Sequence record: NZ_CP128202.1
Source of the DNA: a plasmid
DNA length: 64,000 nucleotides
Strand: one strand, 5' to 3'
Below, piece after piece: positions 41,436 through 50,715 of this stretch. The notes beneath the pieces were generated by a model. The model did no database searches and was not told the DNA's origin. It saw only the letters and a program-made list of their open reading frames with translations. The position numbers were made by a program, and so were the translations under genes. Numbering within the stretch: position 1 is the first letter of the stretch; each line of letters starts with the position of its first letter.

Positions 41436-41669
41436 TTATTCCTCTCCATCGCTGTTTTGAACCATATCACCTATCACCAAGCCCACATCAATAATCACAT
41501 AGGCGAGCATAAATGCTATACCGACTGCAATTGTGATGACGTTCATTGGGATATTGTCTGCTGTGCTAACTAAGTTGATTCCTCCTGTGACCATTATACC
41601 TGCGCCTATTGCTAGGAACACATTGGCAAACGCTCGAAGAAATGCTTTTTTTATAATATTCATACGCAT
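41436..41669 (-). CDS. small two-TM membrane protein (77 aa)
   Basis: Hydrophobic segments ANVFLAIGAGIMVTG and VITIAVGIAFMLAYVIIDV. Confidence 0.35.
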   Translation of the reverse strand: MRMNIIKKAFLRAFANVFLAIGAGIMVTGGINLVSTADNIPMNVITIAVGIAFMLAYVIIDVGLVIGDMVQNSDGEE

Positions 41670-41813
41670 TACCTCATTTGTTATTTTGAATATTTAATAA
41701 CAGAGATAAACGTATGGCCCGTAAGGGATAGTTTATCCCCGTTGGGCTGAACACATCGTCAAAGTAAAAACTTATCGGATGGTAAAGAGTGACCGTTATT
41801 GGTCAATTGAAAA

Positions 41814-42867
41814 GGCCTTGTTGCTTAAATCAATGGAACTAAATCAGGAAGCTACGATCTGATCGGCTACACCCATCAATCGTCGTAGCCTCATGCCTAA
41901 ACCTCGTTACAAAACAACTAACTGGAAGCAGTACAATAAATCCTTAATCAACCGTGGTTCTCTGGCCTTTTGGATTGATGAGGAAGCGATAGCTGAGTGG
42001 AAGCAAAACAAACAAGGCAAGCGTGGTAGATCTCGCCGATTCAGCGACTTAGCCATTACTACCGCACTGATGGTGAAACGCGTTTTCTCTATGCCCTTGA
42101 GAGCGCTGCAAGGTTTTCTAGACTCCGTATTTAAGCTGGCTAACATCCCGCTTGTTTGCCCGCACTACACCTGTATAAGCCGCCGAGCTAAGGAAGTTGA
42201 AGTTTCATTTAAAACCAAAACCAGAGGAGCAATACAACATCTGGCCATTGATGCCACTGGCCTCAAGGTTTATGGCGAAGGTGAATGGAAGGTCAAGAAG
42301 CATGGAACTGATGGGAAGCGAAGAGTCTGGCGTAAGCTGCATATCGCGGTAGATACAAGCACCCACGAAATAGTCGCAGCAGAGCTGAGCTTATCTAACG
42401 TAACTGATGCCGAAGTGCTCCCCAACTTACTCAAGCAAACACGTCGTAAAATCATTGAGATATCAGGCGATGGCGCTTATGACACAAGGAATTGCCATGA
42501 TGCCATACGGATCAAGCGAGCTGTTCCGCTCATCCCGCCAAGAGAAGGAGCAGCCTTCTGGGAACAAGGGCATCCTCGTAACTTAGCGGTAGGTTGCCAG
42601 AAGCTCTATGGCTCCAACAAGAAGTGGAAAAAGCGGTATGGCTATCATAAGCGCTCTCTATCAGAGACCGCAATGTACCGAGTAAAACAGCTGCTAGGTG
42701 GGAAATTAAGCCTGAGGAACTACAACGCTCAAGTTGGCGAGACTTACGCTATGATTAAAGCCCTGAATAAGCTTACAGGGCTTGGTATGCCTGAAACACA
42801 GTATATCGGTTAAGAATTAAGCACAATGGGGCAGGCATGGCTTATCTATGAATTAAGCAACAAAGCC
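41814..42867 (+). mobile_element. IS5-family (IS903-group) insertion sequence, copy B
   Basis: 1054 bp. IRs ggccttgttgcttaaatc and gcttaattcatagataagcc...caacaaagcc-type ends. No flanking 9-bp duplication. Confidence 0.9.
41893..42813 (+). CDS. IS5-family transposase (306 aa)
   Basis: About 96% identical to copy A, and about 99% to copy C. Confidence 0.95.
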   Translation: MPKPRYKTTNWKQYNKSLINRGSLAFWIDEEAIAEWKQNKQGKRGRSRRFSDLAITTALMVKRVFSMPLRALQGFLDSVFKLANIPLVCPHYTCISRRAKEVEVSFKTKTRGAIQHLAIDATGLKVYGEGEWKVKKHGTDGKRRVWRKLHIAVDTSTHEIVAAELSLSNVTDAEVLPNLLKQTRRKIIEISGDGAYDTRNCHDAIRIKRAVPLIPPREGAAFWEQGHPRNLAVGCQKLYGSNKKWKKRYGYHKRSLSETAMYRVKQLLGGKLSLRNYNAQVGETYAMIKALNKLTGLGMPETQYIG

Positions 42868-43650
42868 TTTAATAATATCAATTTCGCTGAACCATTCCTG
42901 TGTGCTCCAATCGCTCGTATTTTGACTAGTTCGAATCATCACCGTTTGACCAATCATCGTTTGAGCTTTGTTCAAAACTTCTAATGCAGACTCTTTGTAT
43001 TTAGTAATACTCATTTTTCTGGTATCGCCTGTACTATTTTTGATGATAATAATTGAACCTACTTTCGATGCTGATACCAGTGTTCCAAAGTCATTCCACA
43101 CAAAATTGTTCATTTCTAAAACCTTATAAACGGTTGTACGACTGCATCCTAACTCTTTACTAATAGCATGCTTGTTCATTCCCTGCTCAGCAAACGCTTC
43201 TATGCGTTCATGTAGTTGCTTATCAGGAAATCGTCCGATGTGCCTGCCTTCAGCTTTAGCTCTCTCCCTGCCCTCGTTACAGCGCTGTAAGATACGTTTT
43301 CTTTCCATTTCTGCGAAAGCGGAAATCGTTGTGTAAATGACCCGTCCCACATCACTATTGATGTCTAAATCCCCGAGGTCATGAAACACCAGTCCAGCCC
43401 CCTTATCTGAAAGCTCATCGGCAATCTTAAGAGCATCTATCGTATTACGTGCAATGCGGTCCACTTTAGTTACATGGATAACATCACCTTCACGGGCAAA
43501 CTCGATCAAGCGAGAAAGCTCTTCACGATCAGCCGACTTTCCGCTGGCTTTTTCCTGGAATACTTTCTCACATCCTATCGATTGAAGTTGCTCAAGCTGA
43601 ACATTCAGAGTTTGGTCGTCAGAACTAACACGGGCATAGCCGATTTTCAT
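42853..43650 (-). CDS. serine recombinase (resolvase/invertase family); C-terminus may be altered by IS5 copy B
   Basis: N-terminal catalytic domain MKIGYARVSSDDQTLNVQ with Ser10 and an HTH. The last codons lie inside the IS5 end at 42853-42867. Confidence 0.8.
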   Translation of the reverse strand: MKIGYARVSSDDQTLNVQLEQLQSIGCEKVFQEKASGKSADREELSRLIEFAREGDVIHVTKVDRIARNTIDALKIADELSDKGAGLVFHDLGDLDINSDVGRVIYTTISAFAEMERKRILQRCNEGRERAKAEGRHIGRFPDKQLHERIEAFAEQGMNKHAISKELGCSRTTVYKVLEMNNFVWNDFGTLVSASKVGSIIIIKNSTGDTRKMSITKYKESALEVLNKAQTMIGQTVMIRTSQNTSDWSTQEWFSEIDIIKGFVA

Positions 43651-43850
43651 GATAGAGGCCTTAAAGTGAACAATAAGATAAGCAGTAATTAGTGTACATG
43701 TTCACTAATAATAATTAAGACTAACTGAACAGTTTTGTGATGGGTGCTTCATTATGTCCATAAAGGTACACCTTTATGGACATTTAGTCATAACATTCGA
43801 ATAGTTTAAATCGTTCGATTCGTTTATAATTAACCCAAAGGAGAGTAACT

Positions 43851-44096
43851 ATGCAATCATTAACAGCAAATACAGCAAAAACCAAATTTGGCGATTTACT
43901 GATGAAGGTTCAGCGTGAACCCGTGCAAATCAGTAAAAATGGCTCACCGGTTGCGGTGATGATGTCCTGTGAAGAATATGAGCAATTAGAAGCACTCAAG
44001 ATGATGCTGGTTAAATCTCGTTTTGAACAGGCAGAAATTGATATCAGGAATGGCGATCTGGTCGATGGTGATGAATTTATGAAATCTCTGGCTTAA
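43851..44096 (+). CDS. Phd/YefM-family antitoxin
   Basis: 81 aa. The motif KTKFGDLLMKVQREPVQISKNGSPVAVMMS is typical of the Phd/YefM family. Confidence 0.85.
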   Translation: MQSLTANTAKTKFGDLLMKVQREPVQISKNGSPVAVMMSCEEYEQLEALKMMLVKSRFEQAEIDIRNGDLVDGDEFMKSLA

Positions 44097-44110
44097 GGGT
44101 TAATGTTTTC

Positions 44111-44413
44111 ATGAGCAGTTATAAGCTTTCACCTTTAGCCCAGTCTGATCTCACTGATATTCGTCGTTACACCATAGAACATTGGGGCAGTACTCAATGG
44201 TCCGTCTATTTTAATGAATTACAGGAATCGATGTCATTGCTGGCAAGTAACGAACTGATCGGAATTCAGATCCCGGAAATGGGAGAGCGATACTACCGTT
44301 TTCCTCTGAAGCACCATGTGATTTATTACATCACTCAGGAAGACCATATCGTTATCGTCGCTGTGCTGGGTAAGCATATGTCTCCTGCAAAACATTTTGC
44401 GTCTATTTCTTAA
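44111..44413 (+). CDS. ParE/RelE-family toxin
   Basis: 100 aa. 15-bp gap from the antitoxin. ParE-like RelE/ParE fold motifs (HHVIYYI..., IVIVAVLGKHM). Confidence 0.85.
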   Translation: MSSYKLSPLAQSDLTDIRRYTIEHWGSTQWSVYFNELQESMSLLASNELIGIQIPEMGERYYRFPLKHHVIYYITQEDHIVIVAVLGKHMSPAKHFASIS

Positions 44414-45012
44414 TTTTTTAATTTCCGGCGAATAATATAATCACGCAATGTGCTCGGTGCTTCATCTATCAACTTTGCCGTAGGCCGGATACCTAGCCCC
44501 ATTTTGAGGTATTTTTCGATTTGATCACGTTTAGCGTCCAGCTTTAATTTATTTGCCGGCCCTTTAGGTCTGCCAAGAATTACCCCATCCTTTTTGCGTG
44601 CCGCCAGTGCTTCTTTGGTCCGCATCGAGATAAACTCGCGTTCAATCTCAGCGGCGAGCCCAAGCACTGTTGCGGTAATTCTGGCCTGCATAGAGCCGTC
44701 CAGCTGCATGTTCTGTTTGGCTATGTACACATCGATTTTTTTCTCCATGCATACTTCCAACACTTCAAGTACCTGTAAGGTAGAACGGGCGATACGGCTC
44801 ACTTCGGCAAAAATGAGTTTATCTCCGGATGTCATGCCCTCTATCAGAGCTCCGAGTTTGCGCTCGTGCCATTTTTTCTTGCCTGTGACGATGTCTTCAA
44901 CAAAGCAAAGACCGGATAAACCAACTTTGTTGGCGTATTCATAGATACCGTGCTTTTGGTTAGCAACATCCTGGCTGTCGGAAGATACTCTAAGGTAGGC
45001 GTAGTGGGTCAT
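44410..45012 (-). CDS. serine recombinase / resolvase (200 aa)
   Basis: MTHYAYLRVSSDSQDVANQ catalytic-Ser motif. C-terminal HTH. Plasmid multimer-resolution type. Confidence 0.85.
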   Translation of the reverse strand: MTHYAYLRVSSDSQDVANQKHGIYEYANKVGLSGLCFVEDIVTGKKKWHERKLGALIEGMTSGDKLIFAEVSRIARSTLQVLEVLEVCMEKKIDVYIAKQNMQLDGSMQARITATVLGLAAEIEREFISMRTKEALAARKKDGVILGRPKGPANKLKLDAKRDQIEKYLKMGLGIRPTAKLIDEAPSTLRDYIIRRKLKN

Positions 45013-45099
45013 GGCAATCTCCTTTTGTTCAGGAGTGTTATAACAATCCCAGACATAAAAAAGGTGTGCGATTACCTGGATTGTGACCTTTAAAAAATA

Positions 45100-45620
45100 A
45101 AAAGAAGAAAGAAATGTAATTGTTATTGTTGTGGTTAACTGTGTAAATCTTTGATTTTCCAGTTATCCACATCAGCTATAAAGATCTATAGATAACTATT
45201 AAAACTATACAGACTATAAATCTATAAGATCTATAGTTTATGTAACGTACTGATTATTAATAATAAAAATAGCATTTATGATCCTATTTTAGGTATTTAG
45301 ATAACACTATTCAGGTTGAAATGATCTTATTTCAGGTGTGGTTGATCACTTATCAGGTGAATAGATGACACATTTCAGGTGTTAATGATCGTATGTCAGG
45401 TGTTTAGATGACAGTTTTTAGGTGTCCGGAAGTCAGATCAGGCACTTACTGAGCATGGCGGATGTATTACAGCGATTACTACACCTGATTTCTGTCTTTG
45501 ATACCGCTTAAGTATCACATTTTAGGTGGATCTCGTTCTTTACACCTAAAATGTGTCATACATCACGTGGATATACCTTATTTATGTCCGTTGTGGGAGA
45601 TAAGCACCTAAATTATGTCT
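45100..45620. repeat. iteron-type replication origin
   Basis: At least seven direct repeats, period about 21-22 bp, consensus TGATCnnaTTTCAGGTGt, with GATC inside most repeats. Inverted copies at 45481-45620 (acacctgatttctgtc, acacctaaaatgtgtc, gcacctaaattatgtc). DnaA box TTATCCACA at 45163-45171. AT-rich ctataga/ctataa repeat block at 45175-45240. Confidence 0.65.
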
Positions 45621-45621
45621 G

Positions 45622-46716
45622 CTAGTACTCTGGGTTGTTACTGATTTCTGACAGGGTTTCTATCTTATCCAGCAGCGAATCAACTTCATTCTGAGTGTTT
45701 TCTTCTTGTTCTGCTTGTTGCTTAAGGTGACGTTTCGATAAGCTCTCTTCCACTTTGATGGCGTGTTCTTCTTTCCCTATGTAACGATAAGCAATCGCCA
45801 GGGACTCGAGCTCTGCTTTAGAAAGGCGAATGTTGTTTTGCAGCCTTTTAAGCTCAAGTTCCCGAATTGTTTTCAGTGCGTCATGCTGATTGAGTTCGTC
45901 TACAGTGCCGAGCTTTATCCAGCGGAACAGGAACTTGATCCCAGTGATGGTCCGGCCTTTCTTGATCACTTCAAATCCTTTTTCTCCGCTATCGCTTTCG
46001 AGAAATAGAAGTTCTTTTCGGATCTGTGGATGCTCAGAGAGTTCCTTAATGCTTTCACGAATACAGCGCTTCATGAATACGCTGTTGTTCTTAAAAGAAG
46101 TCTTATCCTTTTTAAGCTTCCCTGCTTCATTAAGGAGGCCAAAGACGCCTTTCAGCTCGTCGAGCTTTTGCTGGTGCATTTCAAAGCCTTTGTCTTTGAA
46201 GCGGCTCAGCAGCTCATAAAGGCGCTTGGAGTATTCTTTTTTTACATCAAAGAAATTACGGGTGTTGATCAAGGCAAATCCCTGATTGTACTCGATGTAT
46301 TCAGATTTAAGCATGTCGTTAGGAACCATGGTTAATACACCATTTTTATAGGCAATATGCTTAAACAGAGGACGATAGTCGAACTCTGTATCTCCTTTTC
46401 TGGATTCGATTTTGATACCGATTTTACGGCTGGCCAGACGATTAGCTACCGGGCTTAAGTTACTGCCAATGTGTTTGGATTCAACGCCTAACCATTCTGA
46501 TAACTGGTGTGAAGTGAATTCGTAATGTGGAGTGTTGGTATCCCAGTCAGCCGCTTTCATATGAGCCACCATCAGCGCAAACATATCCGCTTCCCTGGCT
46601 GAAAGATCCTGACGGCTGAATACCAGCTGATGACCTTTCTTGATGTGCTTTGGCAGGTTGTCACTGACGACAGGATAGTAATATTGTTCTTCGCTCATGG
46701 TTTCCATCCAAGACAT
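45622..46716 (-). CDS. repA: plasmid replication initiator (RepA, iteron-binding type)
   Basis: 364 aa, immediately adjacent to the iteron array. Size and context match Rep_3/IncA-C-type initiators. The family assignment rests on context and recall, not a motif match. Confidence 0.65.
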   Translation of the reverse strand: MSWMETMSEEQYYYPVVSDNLPKHIKKGHQLVFSRQDLSAREADMFALMVAHMKAADWDTNTPHYEFTSHQLSEWLGVESKHIGSNLSPVANRLASRKIGIKIESRKGDTEFDYRPLFKHIAYKNGVLTMVPNDMLKSEYIEYNQGFALINTRNFFDVKKEYSKRLYELLSRFKDKGFEMHQQKLDELKGVFGLLNEAGKLKKDKTSFKNNSVFMKRCIRESIKELSEHPQIRKELLFLESDSGEKGFEVIKKGRTITGIKFLFRWIKLGTVDELNQHDALKTIRELELKRLQNNIRLSKAELESLAIAYRYIGKEEHAIKVEESLSKRHLKQQAEQEENTQNEVDSLLDKIETLSEISNNPEY

Positions 46717-47641
46717 AACTTAGGTTAATTATTACATAATATAGGTGAGCTGAACAAATTAATACCTGGATTGTGTCACATAAAATTTGACAGATATATT
46801 TCTCTTTTGAGGCGGCGCAAAAACAGGCGTGTAATTGTTTTGATCCTCGCTGTTTAAAGATCAGATCTTCGATCTCAGCATGGATCTAAAAGAGATGCAT
46901 AAATGAAAGTTTTTCCCCCTCAATTATGTCCGGTTCTTACATGCCGGTCGTTACGGGAAAAGACGCCAGCGACAGTAAATAAATGGGCGGCCATTGTGCT
47001 TGTACAATCAAAGAAAATGTAAGTGACAACGTGATGTCGTCTTGACGGGTGACGCCTGAGTTTTGGTTTTAACTTACTCAGGATAAACAGGTTCTACGGG
47101 TGATGATGACCCTGCCTTGCTGTTAGGTTGATTAATTTTTAACACAAACCAGTAAAGGAAACGGAAGAGAGTAACGCCTCGACCTGCGATGGAGTGGCGA
47201 ACCATGTGACTAAGCCCAGCCCTAACTAATCTGTCACAAATTTACGCACCTGATAAAACATCACGAAGAAAAACCAACATCTTAAATATTCCTGGATGGG
47301 AGAAGACAGGGTTGATGCTAACGCTTTTATGTGGCATCACCCAGCCCCGTCATAGACTTCCTATGTGCGAAAAATACGGTCGTTAATTTTAATCATCTAC
47401 CCTAATCATCATCACTGTCACTTATCATCCTATTGTTTACCCCTTTCTTTCGATTAAAAACCCGCGACGCTGTGCGAGATTAACCTGTGTCCCCTGCCCT
47501 CCCGGATTGAGACGAGAGCTGGCTCCACTTTGTTCAATATACAACACCATTACATTTTTATTTCGGGTGAGTCGCAGGGAATTTGCTCACGCTTTTTTTA
47601 TTTCTCTTACCTTGTATGTTGTAGCGGTCAGGAAGAAGAGT

Positions 47642-48364
47642 ATGCGATTTTTAAAACTTAGAACCGATCATAAACGCCAGCGAAAAGACGGGTCTCGTTA
47701 TGTGACACCTTTAATCGTAGATACCCCTCGTCGCTTTGCGCCAAGCCGGGATCGAAAAGAAACCAGCTTACGCCGAACCCAGTGTCAGCTGATAACCGGT
47801 GCGCATGATTCGGGTAAAAGCCGGTGGCTCACCCGCCTGCGTGACAGCCGGCACGAGATCTGGGGCAGTAAACCACAACCGGTTTTGCTGGAAGGCCTGA
47901 TGCCGCTTTCCAGCTGGGTGGAAGTGAAAGGGATTGAACAATGGTACGAAAATTGTCACGAAGAAGACGCCTGTTTTACTCCCTGGAGCAAGCTCAACCT
48001 GCAACTCAAAGCGGATTTACTGGCTGATTACCTGGTTGAGACTCAATCGCTGCTGTTCATCGACGATGCTCACAAGCTGACAGGACGTAAAGCACAGATA
48101 GCGCGTAAATGTCTGCTGTCAGCAAAAACCTGGCTGATGGCCTGCAGTGAAGAAGGACGCTTGCCTCCTTCTATTCGCCCTATTGTTGAAAGGCGTGAGC
48201 CTCAACGTATCAATCTGGAAAGTGACGTGAGTTACGACACAACGAAAGCCCTGATCTGGTTCATGGTTGCCTTATGTGTCGTTGCCGGCGCCTGGGAAGC
48301 GGGGGCTGTGATTGGGGGGCTTCAGATGTTGGGCAATGGACGGAGGTCTACCCGTGCAGATTAG
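47642..48364 (+). CDS. small P-loop NTPase with C-terminal TM helix (about 240 aa from MRFLKL)
   Basis: Walker A LITGAHDSGKS, Walker B LLFIDDAH, C-terminal hydrophobic helix ALIWFMVALCVVAGAW. GC-rich gene in an otherwise AT-rich context. Confidence 0.4.
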   Translation: MRFLKLRTDHKRQRKDGSRYVTPLIVDTPRRFAPSRDRKETSLRRTQCQLITGAHDSGKSRWLTRLRDSRHEIWGSKPQPVLLEGLMPLSSWVEVKGIEQWYENCHEEDACFTPWSKLNLQLKADLLADYLVETQSLLFIDDAHKLTGRKAQIARKCLLSAKTWLMACSEEGRLPPSIRPIVERREPQRINLESDVSYDTTKALIWFMVALCVVAGAWEAGAVIGGLQMLGNGRRSTRAD

Positions 48365-49103
48365 AGCACCCTGGATGTTACTTGGGATACTGGCTGTTAG
48401 CCAAAGCTATGCGAATGACTGGGGGATCGATTCTCCCTGGAAGGAACCTGTCGCACCTCCTCCGGAAATAAAACCATTCGTGTTACCTACTCTCACAGGA
48501 GAAGCCCCACATTACAACACCCCTGCTCCGGCTTTAAAACCTGCCCCTAAAATCGACCCTGATGTTATTTTTCAAACCGTTCTGAATTGCTACCCGGAGA
48601 AGAGTAAATTTAAGCTGGACTTAAGTCTGGTCGCGGGAATGAAAACCAATCTTGACGAGTACAACAGTGATGACTGGCCGGAAATCTCCGAGCACTATGT
48701 TGGGATTGTCGGCAAGATGCCGCTCTATTCCACGACAGAACAGTCACGGGAACGCCAGTGGGAGTATCAGCGTCGTACCTCAACCGCAACTTCGGTGGCG
48801 GCGTTTGCTCAGGCCCTTGCTGACCGTAATTATGCGTATCGTCTGATGGGACTGTATTTATCTCTCGAGGCTCGCTCACAGCAGCGTGTGGCTCAGGGGG
48901 TGGCAAGCGTTAATGAGCAAGTCGCATTACTTGAAAAGGTCGCGGGCTCTCATCGCAATGTTCTGGCGCATGAAGCCAAAATAGTAGAGCACCGGTTAGC
49001 ACTGGTTGCACTCTGTGAAGACAGCTACAGTAAGAGGGTTAATCAGTACTTGCTGGACTTAGCGTTTCTTCCTCCTCATCAGGCGGAACATCAAAGCAAA
49101 TGA
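48357..49103 (+). CDS. hypothetical secreted protein (start uncertain, GTG 48357 or ATG 48375)
   Basis: N-terminal MLLGILAVSQSYA signal-like segment. Pro-rich then helical C-terminal half. Overlaps the end of the upstream P-loop gene. Confidence 0.35.
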   Translation, partial: QIRAPWMLLGILAVSQSYANDWGIDSPWKEPVAPPPEIKPFVLPTLTGEAPHYNTPAPALKPAPKIDPDVIFQTVLNCYPEKSKFKLDLSLVAGMKTNLDEYNSDDWPEISEHYVGIVGKMPLYSTTEQSRERQWEYQRRTSTATSVAAFAQALADRNYAYRLMGLYLSLEARSQQRVAQGVASVNEQVALLEKVAGSHRNVLAHEAKIVEHRLALVALCEDSYSKRVNQYLLDLAFLPPHQAEHQSK

Positions 49104-49573
49104 AGTGGCTCAATCATGGTCTCATCGCTGGCGCTGTTTGTGCCGTTGTCTCGCCACCTCATGTACCCATATGCATTGCAGGAGCCACCGCTCCAGACTG
49201 GATTGAATACGTTGTTAAAGTGTTTGGTCACAATATCAAGCATCGTGGCACTACCCATATTTTTACCCACTGGCTTATCGTTGCCCTCGTCTTCACATTT
49301 GTCTGGGACTATCAGGGGGTAGGAATGGCGTTCGCATGGGGTGGTGTCAGCCATATCCTGACCGATGCCATGACCGTTTCCGGTGTTCCTTTTTCTCCCT
49401 ACAGTGACAGACGTTTCCATCTGTTTGGTGGACGGTTCCGGACCGGTGACCCGGTGGAATATGCCATCTCTGCTGGCGTTGTGATTGTCTGTATCGCTTT
49501 GTCTCATATCTCCGGAGGGCAAGGTTTGCTCCATTTTTTTATGACTGGGCCGGTATGTATGAGCGCGGATTAA
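49100..49573 (+). CDS. membrane-bound metal-dependent hydrolase (DUF457/YdjM-like)
   Basis: 157 aa. Conserved His pattern (APDWIEY, HRGTTH, GGVSHILTD) across three to four TM segments. Start overlaps the upstream stop (ATGA). Confidence 0.55.
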   Translation: MKWLNHGLIAGAVCAVVSPPHVPICIAGATAPDWIEYVVKVFGHNIKHRGTTHIFTHWLIVALVFTFVWDYQGVGMAFAWGGVSHILTDAMTVSGVPFSPYSDRRFHLFGGRFRTGDPVEYAISAGVVIVCIALSHISGGQGLLHFFMTGPVCMSAD

Positions 49574-49725
49574 TTGATGCTCTGGAGTGGAAAACAAACC
49601 GGTTCAGGCTGATTTAAATGGGCTGAAAGTTGTCAATATTCAGGCTGAATATCTTTTGGTTTTCGCTCCCGGTTCCATTATCCTAACCCCTTGGTTGATA
49701 AGTTGTTTGCAGTTAGAAGAGTGAG

Positions 49726-50427
49726 ATGGGCATTAATGTTTCCAAATCAAAACTGGTGTCACTGACCGATGCCCATGAGCGACTGGTTGTCACCCACCCG
49801 GATAAAAATCCGGTGGAGTATAACCTCGGCTTAGAGAAATACCTGACGGCGGTTTTTCAGCGTAAGAAAGCCCGGAACAGGACCGGAGACGGTAATCCGC
49901 TCATTTACGCACTGAAGAACATGCACAGGTTCCGTATTTCGGATGAAGACAGAGCGTCTCTGTTTGGATTGATGAAGTCCATTATTGCACGCCATTATCA
50001 GGGGGAAGTATTTGATCGTATTCTGCCTTTGCCCTCTTCAAAACCGGTGGTGTTCTGGGTGGCTCAGGCTTGTCAGGAAGCCCAGGGCGTGCCGGTTGAG
50101 CGTAATGCGTTTGTCAAAGCGACCAATGCCAATGTGCTGGCCCAGCTGCAGCAGGTGGAGAGCCACAAAGAAATTATTGAACTGAGGAAGTTACTGGAAG
50201 CGCGCAAACCGAATGCGGTTTTTAGTATGAAAGACTTGTCGCAGTTTCAGCGTCAGTTTGTTGAGCCTGTCCGTCTGAACCCGTTTTTTACGCCCGAAGG
50301 CAGAGTGCTTTTGGTGGATGATTTGGTTTCCTCAGGTGCAACGTTTAAATCCGGCTATCGGTCGGTGAAAAACAAACATCCGGAAGTGGATATAGAATGC
50401 TTGTCGTTGCTTGGTCCGGTGACTTGA
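49726..50427 (+). CDS. hypothetical protein with C-terminal phosphoribosyltransferase-like motif
   Basis: 233 aa. The C-terminal RVLLVDDLVSSGATF resembles the type I PRTase PRPP-binding motif (VLLVDDVxTTGxT). Confidence 0.4.
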   Translation: MGINVSKSKLVSLTDAHERLVVTHPDKNPVEYNLGLEKYLTAVFQRKKARNRTGDGNPLIYALKNMHRFRISDEDRASLFGLMKSIIARHYQGEVFDRILPLPSSKPVVFWVAQACQEAQGVPVERNAFVKATNANVLAQLQQVESHKEIIELRKLLEARKPNAVFSMKDLSQFQRQFVEPVRLNPFFTPEGRVLLVDDLVSSGATFKSGYRSVKNKHPEVDIECLSLLGPVT

Positions 50428-50715
50428 CTCGGTAACGCAGGGACGTATAATTGAACATACAGACCGTACATGTGCTCTATGGTCTTTAAAGAAGATATGA
50501 GCGAAAGCTTATGAGCCCGAGCTGCACCCTGAAACGAGGTCAGACCATAAGGGTTGAGTATCGTTTAGTTAGGCATCGGCTAACACCATTAATTTATTAA
50601 TGACAACAGCGCCCGGTTTATCCGGGCGCTGTTGTATCTGCAGTTTACCACTCGTTTTATTCTCCGGAATTTTGTCAATATTCAGGCTGAATATTGACAA
50701 ACTCCGCTCTGATAT

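Noticed and set aside
45100-45620. Possible CRISPR array (regularly spaced repeats)
   Set aside because: The repeats are about 21 bp with irregular short spacing and no unique spacers. There are no cas genes. Inverted copies and a DnaA box next to repA indicate iterons, not CRISPR.
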